A stretch of 50,147 nucleotides of DNA. Origin: Octopus bimaculoides (Eukaryota). The stretch is taken from the NCBI RefSeq assembly GCF_001194135.2, contig NC_068991.1:14295054-14345200 (forward strand), read 5' to 3'. The notes under the pieces are model-generated. The model was not told the origin of the DNA, did not search any database, and worked only from the letters and a program-made list of their open reading frames with translations. Shown in pieces: positions 35,512-48,197 of the stretch (the first letter of the stretch is position 1; every line of letters starts with the position of its first letter). The translations under genes and the position numbers were made by a program.

Positions 35512-35919
35512 TTAAAGATTCTAAGGAGCTTGTAGGGTTTATATATTTTTGTAAACTCACCATTAAATTCTGAGCCAGTAGAATGAGTAATTTTACATGC
35601 AAGTTTCACAGCAAATGAAGTGAATAATAGTGGTGGAGTGGCTGGCTTGACTTATATAAACAGTTGCAATACTTCAATCAACTCAAAGCAATTATTTGAA
35701 AATCTTGTTACAATAAATAAACCATGTGATATTAAAACGAATGTTAAGCAAACAAAAATGGAAGTAAACGGAAAGTAGAGAGAATCTTGAGAATTTTTTT
35801 TTTTTTTGGTTTTTGGTTATATTTTACACAATTTTTTTTTTTTATGATATTGACTAGAATTTGCCTTCAGTTTTCGTTCTGGTATTGAGTTGTTAGCTGT
35901 AGTTGTTGCTTCCTATCAG

Positions 35920-36260
35920 AATTGTTGTTGTTGTCATCATGGTTGTCATGACTGCCATTACCATCATCATCATTGTCATCATCATCATCATCATCATCAT
36001 CATTGTCATCATCATCGTCATCATCATCATTGTCATCATCATCATCATCATCATCTCTATTATCATTATCACCATCATCATCATCATCTTCATCATGTCC
36101 ATCATCATCATGATGATCATCATCATCGGTATCATCATTTTCTTTGTAGTATCCCCATATTTACTATAATTGCAGCAATAATACAAAACATCATCACCAT
36201 CATCATTATCATTATCATTTATTATCACCATCAACATCATTATTATCATCATCATCTTCA
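35920..36260. repeat. (CAT)n degenerate trinucleotide tract
   Basis: Direct inspection. Confidence 0.9.
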
Positions 36261-36991
36261 TTATATAATGCTTATTTATGTACTTTCTTACTATACATTT
36301 TTTTTAATTATTTGATGCACAGTAATTATTATTGTTGTTCTTATTGTTAATGTAGCAGCAGATGTTATTGCCGAAGTTGATGATTTTCGTTTTCTTTTCT
36401 TTCTCAATCATGTTTCTTTTCAAATTATGTTCCCACACACTACAAACCAATACAAGTTCATTGTATAACAAACAAAAAACCCCACAAAAGATGAATTCAT
36501 TTTCACAAAAAAAAAAAAAACGAAAAGCTTAGCCTCACAAAGAAAAAAAAAGCAACAAAAAGAAACAGCGTCAACAAATATAAAAAAAAAATAGGCATAA
36601 TAATATATAAATGATTAAGTGATAACAATAAAAGTCTTGTGCCCTTATTGAACAGAAATCAGTATTCGTTAAGATAAAAATCGTTACAATATTTTTCTCC
36701 ACACCATTAATCACCAGTAATAAGACAGTAGTTTACACTTGTGCTGTCTAATTAAATATAGAGTGGAAAAAATGGTGCTTTAGTCTCTTCAATAAGCCTC
36801 ACTCATCTCTTCTTTATTTTACCGTTTTCTGTTCTTTTAATTCTTGTTTTTTTTTTGTTGGGGGTGGAGTTTGGTTTGTTTTTGTCTTCAAAATGTCTCA
36901 TTTTCTCTCTTGAGCGAAACTTCCTTTGCTCTATATATCAGTCTCTCACTCTCTCTCTCCCTCTCTTTTCCTCTTTCTCTCTCTCCTTGTG

Positions 36992-37042
<51 letters not shown>

Positions 37043-37085
37043 TTGTGTATGCGTGTGCATGTCTGTGAGTGTGTGTACAAGAGGG

Positions 37086-37409
37086 TGAGAGGGGAATAAA
37101 ATCATAATTAATTGATCCTCCTGTATTTTCTTTTAATCAAAGCCAAGAACTTTTCAGCACTCCTTCATATATATATATATATATATATATATGCATATAC
37201 ACACAAAATTCCTGGCTTTAAGGGTTTTCGCAAAAGGCCTGGCTGGAGGCCCAACCTCCCGAGTTCTTTTGCAGGGCTTAGAAAAACTGAAGGACTGCTG
37301 CAATAAGTGTGTGAATCTGAGAAGGGAATATATTGAATAAAATCAGAATTAACTGATCCTCTTGTGTTTTCTTTTACCCAAAGCCAGGAACTTTTCAGCA
37401 CCCCTCGTA
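37086..37409 (+). mobile_element. Mariner-derived MITE (37205-37409) plus partial second copy (37086-37168)
   Basis: TIR reads TA-CGAGGGGTGCTGAAAAGTTCCTGGCTT from the right end; internal LQGLEKLKDCCNKCVNLRREYIE* resembles mariner transposase C-terminus. Confidence 0.75.
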
Positions 37410-38210
37410 TAATGATAATAATAATAGTAATAATAATAATAATAATAATAAGGATTGTTACAAAGTAGCATAGCATTACCTTTATTTCATTTTTATATAT
37501 ATACAGCTTTGAACAGACCTACACATGTTTCCATTGCATCGATTAGTAACTATTGCAACCCTACTATAATACCAGTGCAGTTTCTTCAGTATTTTCCCTT
37601 TAATATTCTTTGATTTAACTGTTTAAAGTTTTCCATTTATCTACTTTGGATCGTATGATGTGGAATTGTTCGTAAATTTAGATGCAAACTATCTTCAATT
37701 AAAGTTTTGATTGGATCATCACTTCTAGCCAGTTATTTCAAAACATCCTGTTGTTTTAATGTTTATTACTCATTTATATTGAGCGAAGGTAAACTTCCCC
37801 ATATGCAAGCATCTTATATATATATATTTTCAAATGCTTTTGCAAAAATTACCTGATACTGTAATAATATTTGATGAAAGATTTTCTCAAGAAGTTAACT
37901 ATTTAAAATGCATCTTAGAAAAACTAAATGACACGTTCGTTCTGGAATGAAGATTCTGTATTGTGTGTAAGCATTTTTATTGTTCAATGTTTCAATCACA
38001 CCTGATTTAGTGTAATCCATACAGAGGAAGTTGCTTTTAGTCCTAGTGTTGACTGTTTCCAGTTGAGTTTCAAGCTTAGAATTCTTATAAAGTATTCCCT
38101 TTTTGCATTTGATCGTGTCCCTCTATTATTTCGCAAAAAGGAAATGTTTTGAATTTTTCATTTGCGCGTTCGTTATATGGAACATTTCTAAGAGATAAAT
38201 ACTTAATTTG

Positions 38211-38280
38211 CTATTTGTGCACTTTCAAATGGTGAATTAATTTTGATCCTGTTTTGAACCAAACGAAGGCAAAATTCACA
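38211..38280 (-). pseudogene. Candidate C2H2 zinc-finger relic with one 1-nt frameshift
   Basis: CEFCLRL(+g)FKTGSKLIHHLKVHK* fits C-x2-C-x3-F-x5-L-x2-H-x3-H; preceded by acceptor-like TTATTTCTTCTTCCAG. Confidence 0.35.
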
Positions 38281-39132
38281 CTGGAAGAAGAAATAACACA
38301 GGTAACAAACAGTATAGACACATATTGTGGGATGTGTGAAATAATTGAACAGGAAACAATGAAAAGATTCAAGAATAGAAAAGAATGGGAGGTTAATGCA
38401 AACATGAAATGGAAAGCAAAAAACTCACTAATGTATCACGTTCCCACAGGGCAATGAGAATTACATTAGCCAAACAGGAAACAGAGGGGAGTAAAATGGC
38501 CAAAGCATTTGTATCTCAGTTCTTTCAATTTGGTTGCAGCTAAACCAAAGCTATGTATATTGATGCTACAAAAGTACATAGCTATTTACTGAAAATAAAA
38601 GTAACAATGGTAATAGTAATAATAATACCAGACCTCATAACAGAACAGACTAATGTAATACAATACCAGGAAGAGTTTGCACTCGCCCATCAACAAAAAA
38701 AGAGCACACAATGCTGCACACACACATCCCGGCAACATGGAGGTGTAGCAGGTGATGAAGTAGAAATTTGCCTGAAACTACCGAATGTTGAATGATAACA
38801 ATAAGAATAATAACAACAACAACAACAACAATAATAATAATAAGTAATAATAATAATAATAATAATATGCAGTATGACATTTTTGAGAAAGCTAATGAGA
38901 GTCAGATGGACTATGAGAAAAAAAAGTAAGTTTATTTCATACTATGAAATACATTGCTATTTACTAAAAATAATAAGCAAGACATTACTGAAGTTTTAAT
39001 AAGCTAATTAGTAACATTAATGAAACGTACATAGTATGTAGATTGCTTCTCATGAGGCTCAGAGAAAGAGGTCAGATGTAGAAATGTGTTGATATTACCC
39101 ATTCACAAAACATATGCATACACACACACATA

Positions 39133-39960
39133 CAGAGTGCAGTGAATATATTGTCATCTAAATTATGCAAAAATGAAAATAACACTGACATCTCATTTTA
39201 ATAGATATATTTACCAAAATTTAAAAAAAATATCTTGAAATATTAAAGAGGAAATTTATTCAATAAAATCCGCCATTGGCTTCAACCACAGCCTCCAGAC
39301 GACTTTGGAATCTCCTGCAACTTTTCTAGACAGGTCTCCTTGTTGAAGTTGGAGAATACTGCCATAATCCTTACCTTCAGTTCATCTTTAGTGTTACAAG
39401 GAGTTTCATTGGTCTCATGCTCAACTGTGCCCCACACATAATAATCAAGGGGGTTACAATGTGGGGAGTTAGGTGGCCAGTTGTTAGGGGTGATGTGGTC
39501 GCAGAAATTGTCTGACAGCCGTGACTGGGTTCTCCTGCTTGTGTGGCATAGGTAGAGTCCTATTGCCAAACACAAGGTCTTCCAGCAGCCACCCTCTTTA
39601 CCCAGGGTGCCTCCTCCAGGCACTTGATTTAGGCCTCCATATTGCATTTGAGGCTGTAGGAAGATAAATGGAGGTATAACGTCGCCATCACTAGTGATCA
39701 CTCCAAACACCATGATGTTGACTGGATGTTTGCTTTTTATCACTCTCAGTACATCCTCAGATTGATACTCAATAAATCTGAAATGTTCATATTAGAGCTT
39801 CCAGCTTGGATGCCAAATAGTACAGCATGTCATTTCCAAATTTCTGGCAGGAGTGAATTGCATCATGGTGCTCTTTTTCTCACAGACGGTGCCCAACTGA
39901 TCTTACTGTACTATGTAGTTAACATAATCAAAAACAAGCAATGTGCATGTGTGAAATTAA
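39133..39960 (-). mobile_element. Decayed DD37D (maT/mori-type) Tc1/mariner element, internally deleted
   Basis: KHPVNIMVFGVITSDG; WQ*DS..37 residues..WPPNSPHCNPLDYYVW; TA+CAGAGTGCAG terminus; stop and frameshift present. Confidence 0.8.
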
Positions 39961-39967
39961 TATATAC

Positions 39968-40099
39968 TTTGGAAAACAGTCTCATTTCATTATGGGATTT
40001 CTTGTGAATTCACGTAAATGAAACAATGAAATTGTTTCATTGATTCATTTACATGAATTTACAAGAAATCCAAGGAACAAAATGAAACTGTTTTCCAAA
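39968..40099. repeat. Imperfect 132-bp fold-back (about 64-bp arms, 3-nt loop)
   Basis: TTTGGAAAACAG..CAATGAAA-TTG-TTTCATTG..CTGTTTTCCAAA. Confidence 0.85.
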
Positions 40100-40746
40100 A
40101 ACACTAGGAAATTTTCCTACTCTACATAACATGAAACCAATGGTAGCCTTAATTCACAAATAAAGAAATTATATATCCACCAATGCAGTGTTGAGCACTT
40201 ATTTCATTGATCTACATTTATACACACACACACATGTATGTATATGTTTTGCGAAAAAAAAAAAAAAAAAAATATATATAAAGCCTCTTCTATTTTATCC
40301 TCCTGTCCATCAAGTACCTTACATATTTAGATCACATATACATATGTTCGCATATACATAATGTACGCATGTATTAAATATTTCTATAGTTCTGGTGATT
40401 TTTATCCACAATATTTTATATAGATATTTCATACGACCAGCAGGATGCTGCCAAAAATATCATTATTAATTAATTAAATTCATACAGTTTGCTAAGTCTA
40501 TTGTTACCTTTATCTCTATTGAATGCATTGACTGCACATCTGAGTGCAGCTCTCTGTCCTTTTGCTATGTGCATTGTTTTGCTTTGGTTTTATATTTTCT
40601 AATGTATTTTCAATAACTTCTTTTATTCTCTTCTTTCGGGTTTCATCCATTCACAGCAAACATGTTGGGGAAGAATGCTTTTTTTGCAAGAGTTTTTAAG
40701 TGATTATGCAAGCCCTAATACTTTATCTCATTGTTACTGCATCATT

Positions 40747-40857
40747 GTGGAGGGGCAATGGCCCAGTCGTTAGGACAGCGGACTCGCGGTCATAGGATCG
40801 CGGTTTCGATTCCCAGACTAGGCGTTGTGAGTGTTTATTGAGCGAAAACACTTAAAT
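40747..40857 (+). mobile_element. SINE A head truncated in its CORE-like segment
   Basis: Matches first 110 nt of 13696-14086. Confidence 0.85.
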
Positions 40858-40860
40858 TTG

Positions 40861-40962
40861 AAATAAAGTGTCATGCTCAAGGACACGACGTGTCACCAGG
40901 AATTGAACTCATAACCCTACAGTGTGAGCCGAATACTCTAACCACTAAGCCATGTGCCTTCA
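40861..40962 (-). mobile_element. SINE C-type head truncated in CORE
   Basis: Minus strand TGAAGGCACATGGCTTAGTGGTTAGAG..GTCCTTGAGCATGACACTTTATTT. Confidence 0.75.
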
Positions 40963-41052
40963 TCAGCTGCCAAATGAATATCACTGTACTTTCGATACCT
41001 GGGCAGTAACATACATACATACATACATATATAAATATAGATATATATATAA

Positions 41053-41091
<39 letters not shown>

Positions 41092-42799
41092 AAAGTATGT
41101 CTGCTCTTGCTTTGCACAGCAGCAGTTGTTTGAGGTGGTGGTGGTAGTGGTAGTGACAATGATGATGCTGAATAATGAATGACTGATGTTGATTTTGGGA
41201 AAAACAGGATAAAGAGTAAATAAATAAATAAACTAAATTGATGGAAGATGGTGGGGGAATACAAATGTTATTGGTTAAAAGTTAATTAATAAAGGTTAAT
41301 GTCATGGGTAGGCCCAACATGTGGCACTTAGCTACTGTACAACCGTTACTACCAAATATTGTAAATAATAATTGTTGTAAGTGTACTAACACATACGTCA
41401 GTATGTGTATATATCTCTATGTATGTATGTATGTATGTATGTATGCATGCATGTACGTATGTATGTATGTACTTAAGTCTGTTAGTATGTCTCTGTGTGT
41501 TTATGTGTGTATGTTTGTATGGGTGTCTGTGTGTGTTTGTTTATATCAGTGAGTGCATGTGTCTTGTTGTGTTGTGTGCATGTGTGTGTGTGTGTAAAAC
41601 ACAAGAGCTTTTAATTGATAAGAAATTAATTTTCCCTCAGGTAATATCTGACACCCACGACAAGATAGTTGCGATGCCATAGAAAATAACCAGCGATAAA
41701 GGAATATAATCTTTTGTCATGTTATTTTTTTTTTTTCCCTTTTTTTTTTGTACAGAACTTGTTACATTGGAACCGTAGTTTTGTAGGAAATGTGAGGTGG
41801 TAAGAAGAGATGATAGAGAAGAAAAAGGAGAGAAAAAAAAATTACAGGATTGTAAGAAAAGAGCGGGAACAAGAAAGACAGAGGTGGGTGGAGAGTGAAC
41901 GATAGAGAGAATGAAAGAGGTTATAATGCGCTGGATTGAGGAAGATGCTTAGAAAGAAATAAGTGTTATGAAATGTAATACATACAAAGGTTGTTGACAC
42001 TGAGAGAGAAGAGAAGGAAAAAAGAGACAAGTATCATCAACTAAGCATTGAAGCTTCTGTGAAAAAAGAGCACATCTTAAGACAAGATGGTGGAATTCGT
42101 GTTTATTCAGTTTCCACTTGCATGATTTATTATGTGAGTTCTACATGTGTTACCTTTTATCATTCTGTCATCAACTACAGTGATGGAGAAACCAGCCAAA
42201 CATTGTACAGTGACAACACGGGGGGGGGGGGAATAGGTGTTTATGTGTGTAGGGGGTGGTGTGTTTTTCTCTTTAATCTTGTCAGGGGATGAGACAAGTT
42301 GTCTGGTGCCGGTGAATGAATGAATGGAGACAACATAAGTGAGAGAGAAGGAAAGAGAGAGTGTTTGTGTGTGTGGGTGTGTGCTATTTAGTCGCGCTGG
42401 AGACACAACAACTTATCTAGTGCTGGTGCCATGATGAAGTACACCTGCGATGCTCTCTGTAAAGTCGTTAGCTAGTGAATGGAGACAACACAAGGTAGAG
42501 AGAGGGTTTGTTGTCTTGCTAGGGACATGACAAATTCTTTAGTTCTAATGACCTGATAAAGAGTATCCACTATGCTCTGCTAAGGGATTGGTCATAGGAA
42601 AAGCAGCCCACCAGAAAAACAATGTCAAAAATGTACCATGTGAGATGTGATCCCCTATCCATTTTGGCAGACAGTAATTTCATAAAACAATTGGCTTGGT
42701 CTGCAATGACCCACCTTACTCTTGGCAGTCTGGAAAAGCAGATGCAAAACAAGACCGACAATGAAAATAACAAAGATTTTCTTTAAATTATAAAAAACT

Positions 42800-43093
42800 G
42801 TTCTGCGTGGCACCTTGGGCAAGTGTCTTCTACTATAGCCTCTGGCCGACCAAAGCCTTGTGTGTGGATTTGGTATTCGGAAACTGAAAGAAGCCTGTCG
42901 TATATATGTATATATGTGTGTGTGTGTTTGTCCCCCCAACATCGCTTGACAACCGATGCTGGTGTGTTTTAGTCCCCGTAATTTAGTGGTTCGGCAAAAG
43001 ATACCGATAGAATAAGTACTAGGCTTCCAAAGAATAAGTCCTGGGGTCGATTTACTCGACTAAAGGCAGTGCTCCAGCATGACCGCACTCAAA
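42800..43093 (+). mobile_element. SINE B body (CORE-like, internal microsatellite, 3' module)
   Basis: CCTTGGGCAAGTGTCTTCTACTATAGCC..(TA/TG)n..GGTGCTCCAGCATG-like end. Confidence 0.8.
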
Positions 43094-43639
43094 GACCATC
43101 TAAATCAGAAACATCGTCACTGCAGAATTTACGTTTTGCTGTGTGCGCAACACTTTACATGGTCACTCATCAAACTAGAAATAACAGTCAAATTACTTTC
43201 AAATTGCACACACTACAATAAAATAAATAATATATAAATGAAGGATAGATTGGACAACATCTTTGCATGATATCAGGACCATTGCTTATCCCCTCCACTA
43301 TACATACCTCTTGACAACTGCTTCTTGACAGATGCCTCCTGGATACTTTCCCTAATTATGAGGGTGCAAATAAACATTAATAATTACTAATTATTGTAAT
43401 AATCCTTTTAATGTAATAATACAATTATTAATTATAATTATTAATGATTGCATTTGTATAGAGACCACAGTTTGCTTATTTTGGGGATATAATTATGATA
43501 ATATAATATAAGAATACAAATATTAGTATATTATTCTTCTTGTTAGATAATAGATAAAAACATGACAACAAAACCCTAATTAGCTTTATTGATATATATT
43601 TGCACCTTGCAGCTATACCTTTTCTTAATTTCTTAATTT

Positions 43640-43961
43640 CATGTGCCAGTGGCACGTGAAAAACAACATTCGAGCGAGATCGTTGCCAGTGCCGCTGAAC
43701 TGGCTCTTGTGCAGGTGGCACATAAAATACACCATTTTGAGCTTGGCCGTTGCCAGTATCGCCTGACTGGCCTTCGTGCGGGTGACACGTAAAAGCACCT
43801 ACTACACTCTCGGAGTGGTTGGCGTTAGGAAGGGCATCCAGCTGTAGAAACTCTGCCAAATTTAGATTGGAGCCTTGTGTAGCCTTCGGGCTCCATCAGT
43901 ACTCAGTCAAATCGTCCAACCCATGCTAGCATGGAAAGTGGACGTTAAATGATGAGGATGA
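43640..43961 (+). mobile_element. RTE 3' UTR/tail (family D)
   Basis: Three GTGC..GCAC units, then GGCGTTAGGAAGGGCATCCAGC module and RTE tail. Confidence 0.8.
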
Positions 43962-44504
43962 GACCTATCCTGATGGCTAAAAATAACAGCAACTACAAAA
44001 ATGTGAGACTCAAACTATAAATAAGCCATGAAGGGTATCTACAATGTCAACAGTCTATAAAACAGCTATGTAGCATAATTCTGCTTGACTGGAGCTGATG
44101 GGGATACACTAAAACAACAACAATAAGCTTTAAAAGAAAATACTACCACCATCATCACAACTATGGCCACCACTGACAACAATAACAGCAATATCATTCT
44201 GCAGATGACTTGAATTACGTCCATTCAACCAGCCAGCCATACATGCCTGCACAATGTTGTCTAGTGATTTTTGTCAGCAGCCCTGATTGATGTTTCTATA
44301 TTTACCCTAGAATGACAGCTTAAAACAAAATCTACAATTATGTTTCTCCTTAACTGCTTTGCTTAATGTACTGCAAGAGTTTGGTAGACATAAATACCCT
44401 TAACACGCATAAAACAAAGAAGGTAAATGGATCTCAGTCTGTCTGAGTGATGAATATTTTCTTTTATTTAATAAATAGGACACTACTTATTGAATTATAG
44501 TACT

Positions 44505-44679
44505 AATGACAGACTGTTCCACAAACGCCATTCATGTAGATCCTTAGGTAGAGGAGAGCCTTGATTGGTTGCTCCGGTCATGTTGATATTTGGCAGAGAA
44601 CAGCCTCCATTAGTTGCACCATTCATGTAGATTTTCAGGCAGAGAAGGAAGCTTTATTTGTTGTACCATTCATGTAGAT
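44505..44679. repeat. Degenerate minisatellite, about 46-bp unit, up to 4 copies
   Basis: CATGT(A/T)GAT at 44533, 44579, 44624, 44671. Confidence 0.7.
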
Positions 44680-44760
44680 CAGTGGTTCACAACTAGGGTC
44701 CATATGGTCCTTTGGGGTCCATGTAGGATATTGCTGTTAAAATTTATTGGCAATAAATTG
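44680..44760 (+). mobile_element. hAT (Charlie-like) terminal fragment
   Basis: CAGTGGTTCACAACTAGGGTCC..GGGGTCC preceded by ATGTAGAT; other end not seen. Confidence 0.4.
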
Positions 44761-44788
44761 GTTATATTTCTACAATGCACGAAATATT

Positions 44789-45330
44789 GGCTGCACCAGG
44801 CTCCAACCTGATATGGCAGAGTTTCTACAGATGGATGCCCTTCCTGATGCGAATAACTCTGAGATTGTGTGGGTGATTTTACATGTCACCGGCACAGGGG
44901 CCATTCAGGCAGTACTGGCAACGACCACACACAAATCGTGTTTTTTATGTGCCACCTGCACAGGAGCCAGTCCAGCAGCACTGGCAACAATCTTGCTCGA
45001 ATGTTGTTTTTCATGTGCCACTGGCACAAGTGCCAGTCAGGGGCCCTGGCAACGATCATGCTTGGATGTTGCTTTTAACGTTCCATTGGCACGGGTGCCG
45101 TCAGACAGTGCTGTAATCGACCACGTCAGTGATTTTGATTTTGATTGTGATTTCACTTGCCTCAACAGGTCTTCTCAAGCAATGCATAAGTAGGCTGGTT
45201 ACACCGCTGGCAAAGGCCATGGGTTATGGTCTCACTTGGCTTGCCGGGTCTTCTCAAACACAGCATATTTCCAAAGGTCTTGGTCACTAGTCATTGCCTT
45301 GGTGAGGCCCAATGTTCGAAGGTCATGCTT
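44789..45330 (-). mobile_element. RTE LINE 3' end: last 32 codons of ORF2 plus long repeat-containing 3' UTR
   Basis: KHDLRTLGLTKAMTSDQDLWKYAVFEKTRQAK* (45330-45232) followed by family D sequence. Confidence 0.75.
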
Positions 45331-45446
45331 ATATATATATATATACTTTTTTATATATACATATGTACTTNNNNNNNNNNNNNNNNNNNNNNNNNNNNNN
45401 NNNNNNNNNNNNNNNNNNNNNNNNNNNNNNNNNNNNNNNNNNNNNN

Positions 45447-45479
<33 letters not shown>

Positions 45480-45484
45480 TTGTT

Positions 45485-45526
<42 letters not shown>

Positions 45527-46222
45527 CTTGTTTATATGTGTATATATATATATATTCACGTGTGTATGTACACACACACACACACACATATATATAAGCA
45601 CATGCACACATATATACATATAATGAGACTGTCCAATGGAATTCGTAAAATTTTAGTACATATTTTTTAAAGCAACTCAAAAAGATAAGGGGCAAAGTTA
45701 ACCTTGGCAGAATTTGAACTCAGTGTGCAGTGATTCAGAACAAATATTGCATGGCATTCTTTCCAACACTCTAACAAGCCTGCAAATTCACTGCCTTCCT
45801 CAGACAGCGTCAGCATGACATAGTAAATAATCACAAGACTTGACCATTCAATTTCAGGCAGCGTCCATTCTATAGAATCTGTCCACTCAATATTACAGTG
45901 TAAGTATTGAGTCTATCTGAGGTTATGCGAAAAAAAATGGAAATGCCCGACAGACTCTGCAGTAGGATCTCATCTGAAACCTTATGATTGCAAAGTGGTC
46001 TCCTTAAAACTCAATCTCATGTATTCATTCATGAATGCACAAAACAATTATAGGCATACGAACATATCTAAGCCTATATATGTATGTGCAGACATTTAAA
46101 CAAATGCGAACATATAGTAATACATATCTGCAAACATGCTCCATACTCGTTTGGGTGTATTTGTATGTGTGTGTGTTAAGATTGCATAATATCTTAAAGC
46201 AGTAATGCACAGACATTCAAGC

Positions 46223-46258
<36 letters not shown>

Positions 46259-47160
46259 GCTTATTGATTTCCTTTAAGCTAAAGACTATCATATTACATG
46301 ATTTTCTATGACTTGGATTCCTTTGCATATGAATATTATGTGTGTGTGTGTGTGTGTGCGTGGGTGTGTGTGTGTGTAATACAAATACATGCATATACAC
46401 ACATATATATATTCACATACACATGCATACATATACATAATTATTTAAATATGTATATATACACACACACACACATATATATATATATACATACATGTAT
46501 ATACATATGCATATACATACATATACATGCACATATACATATACATACATATATATACATGTATATATATATATATATATACACACATATATACATATGC
46601 ATATACATATAAATACATATGCACATACATATACATACACACACACACACATAAACACACAGACATACAAACACACATTCACATGCACACTAACTCATCC
46701 ACATAGATTTGTTTTACATACTTTAGCTTATTACTCTAAGAAAATGGACATGTGTGAGTGTGTGTGTGTGTGTGTTTACATACTCACATACATATATACT
46801 GCTTTGTTCTGCGTTAAGCCTCAGAGAAAGCCAACACAGGCCACTATATACTCACTCACATGCACATACACATACTCTCTTACAGATTCATATACAGACA
46901 TTTATATACTCATGAACTGATATCTATTGACCCAGCTTTACCTTATATGCTTACCTAAAATATATTCACAAATATTTACAGACGTGCACAGAAGTGCATA
47001 TGCAACGAAATGCAAATATGAAGAGCATGTGTGAAACAAATTTTTGTTTTGCTTTTTTCATTCAAGATGGGGGTTGAACACCAGCGTCCCATGCAATAGG
47101 GCTTAATTAAAATTATTATGAGATAGACCTCTCTTAACATAAAACCCACTCAAAATGAAA

Positions 47161-47588
47161 GTACCTTTGGATCGTAGGGCGACACGCCATGCTTGAGGAG
47201 ACCTACTGAGTCAAGTACATCAAATCACAATTCAAATGGAAATTGTAGTTGTGGTCCCCATACTGGTGGCACATAAAAAGCACCATGTGAACGTGGTCAA
47301 TGCCAACCCTCTTGCCCTGACTGGCTCTTGTGCTTGTGGCACGTAAAAAGCACCATCTGATCCTGGTCAATGCCAGCCTCCTCTGGCCCCTGTGCCAGTG
47401 GCATGTAAAAAGCACCCATTACACTCTCGGAGTGGTCTGCATTAGGAAGGGCATCCAGCTGTAGAAACAGTGCCAAATCAAATTGGAGTCTGGTACAGCC
47501 TCTAAGATTACCAGCCCTGGTCGAACTGCTCAACCCATGCCAGCATGGACAACGAACGTTACATGAAGATAATGATGATGATGATGAT
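47161..47588 (+). mobile_element. RTE 3' UTR/tail (family D variant)
   Basis: CATGCTTGAGGAGACC start shared with 45150-45190 (-), three repeat units, (GAT)n tail. Confidence 0.75.
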
Positions 47589-48139
47589 TCCTTATATCCA
47601 TGTTGTGTATATGCCTGTACTTAATTTCTAGATGTAGTTCGGTGCATACTTAGGGGTTTCAGATGGATAATCCTTGCACTGTTTACCAAACTTTTACTGT
47701 ACTATCATTCAGTTGTATGGTGTAGAAATGTTGTTGTTGTATAGGCCAGGGTAACTTTGATAACAGATACAAATGGAATTTTATAGCCAGTGTACAAGAG
47801 ATGAAAGTGGTTCTCATTAGTTCTCCGTAGATGTAATGGACCTTCTCCTTTTCACTAGTGTATGTACGTACGTTTGTATGTAAGTATATACAGACACACA
47901 TACATTTATAAATACACACATAGGTATATACTTATAGATACATGCATATACATATATATGTATATATATAAATATTTTTATACATACATACATATATATA
48001 TATATGAACATACGTCTTATATGAATTGATATAGACAGAAGCATGTTGAAACAGACAACCACTTCCCTTTTGCTTGAAGTAGGAAGTGAAGCTTTGTTGA
48101 GACAGACAGATATAGATAGATAGATACATACATACATAC

Positions 48140-48197
<58 letters not shown>

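Noticed and set aside
42431-42557. C-box ATGATGA and D-box CTGA suggesting a C/D snoRNA
   Set aside because: No terminal stem and no recognisable antisense element.
43640-43800. Repeat-spacer pattern reminiscent of a CRISPR array
   Set aside because: Eukaryotic context, no cas genes, degenerate repeats, and the block is part of an RTE LINE 3' UTR.
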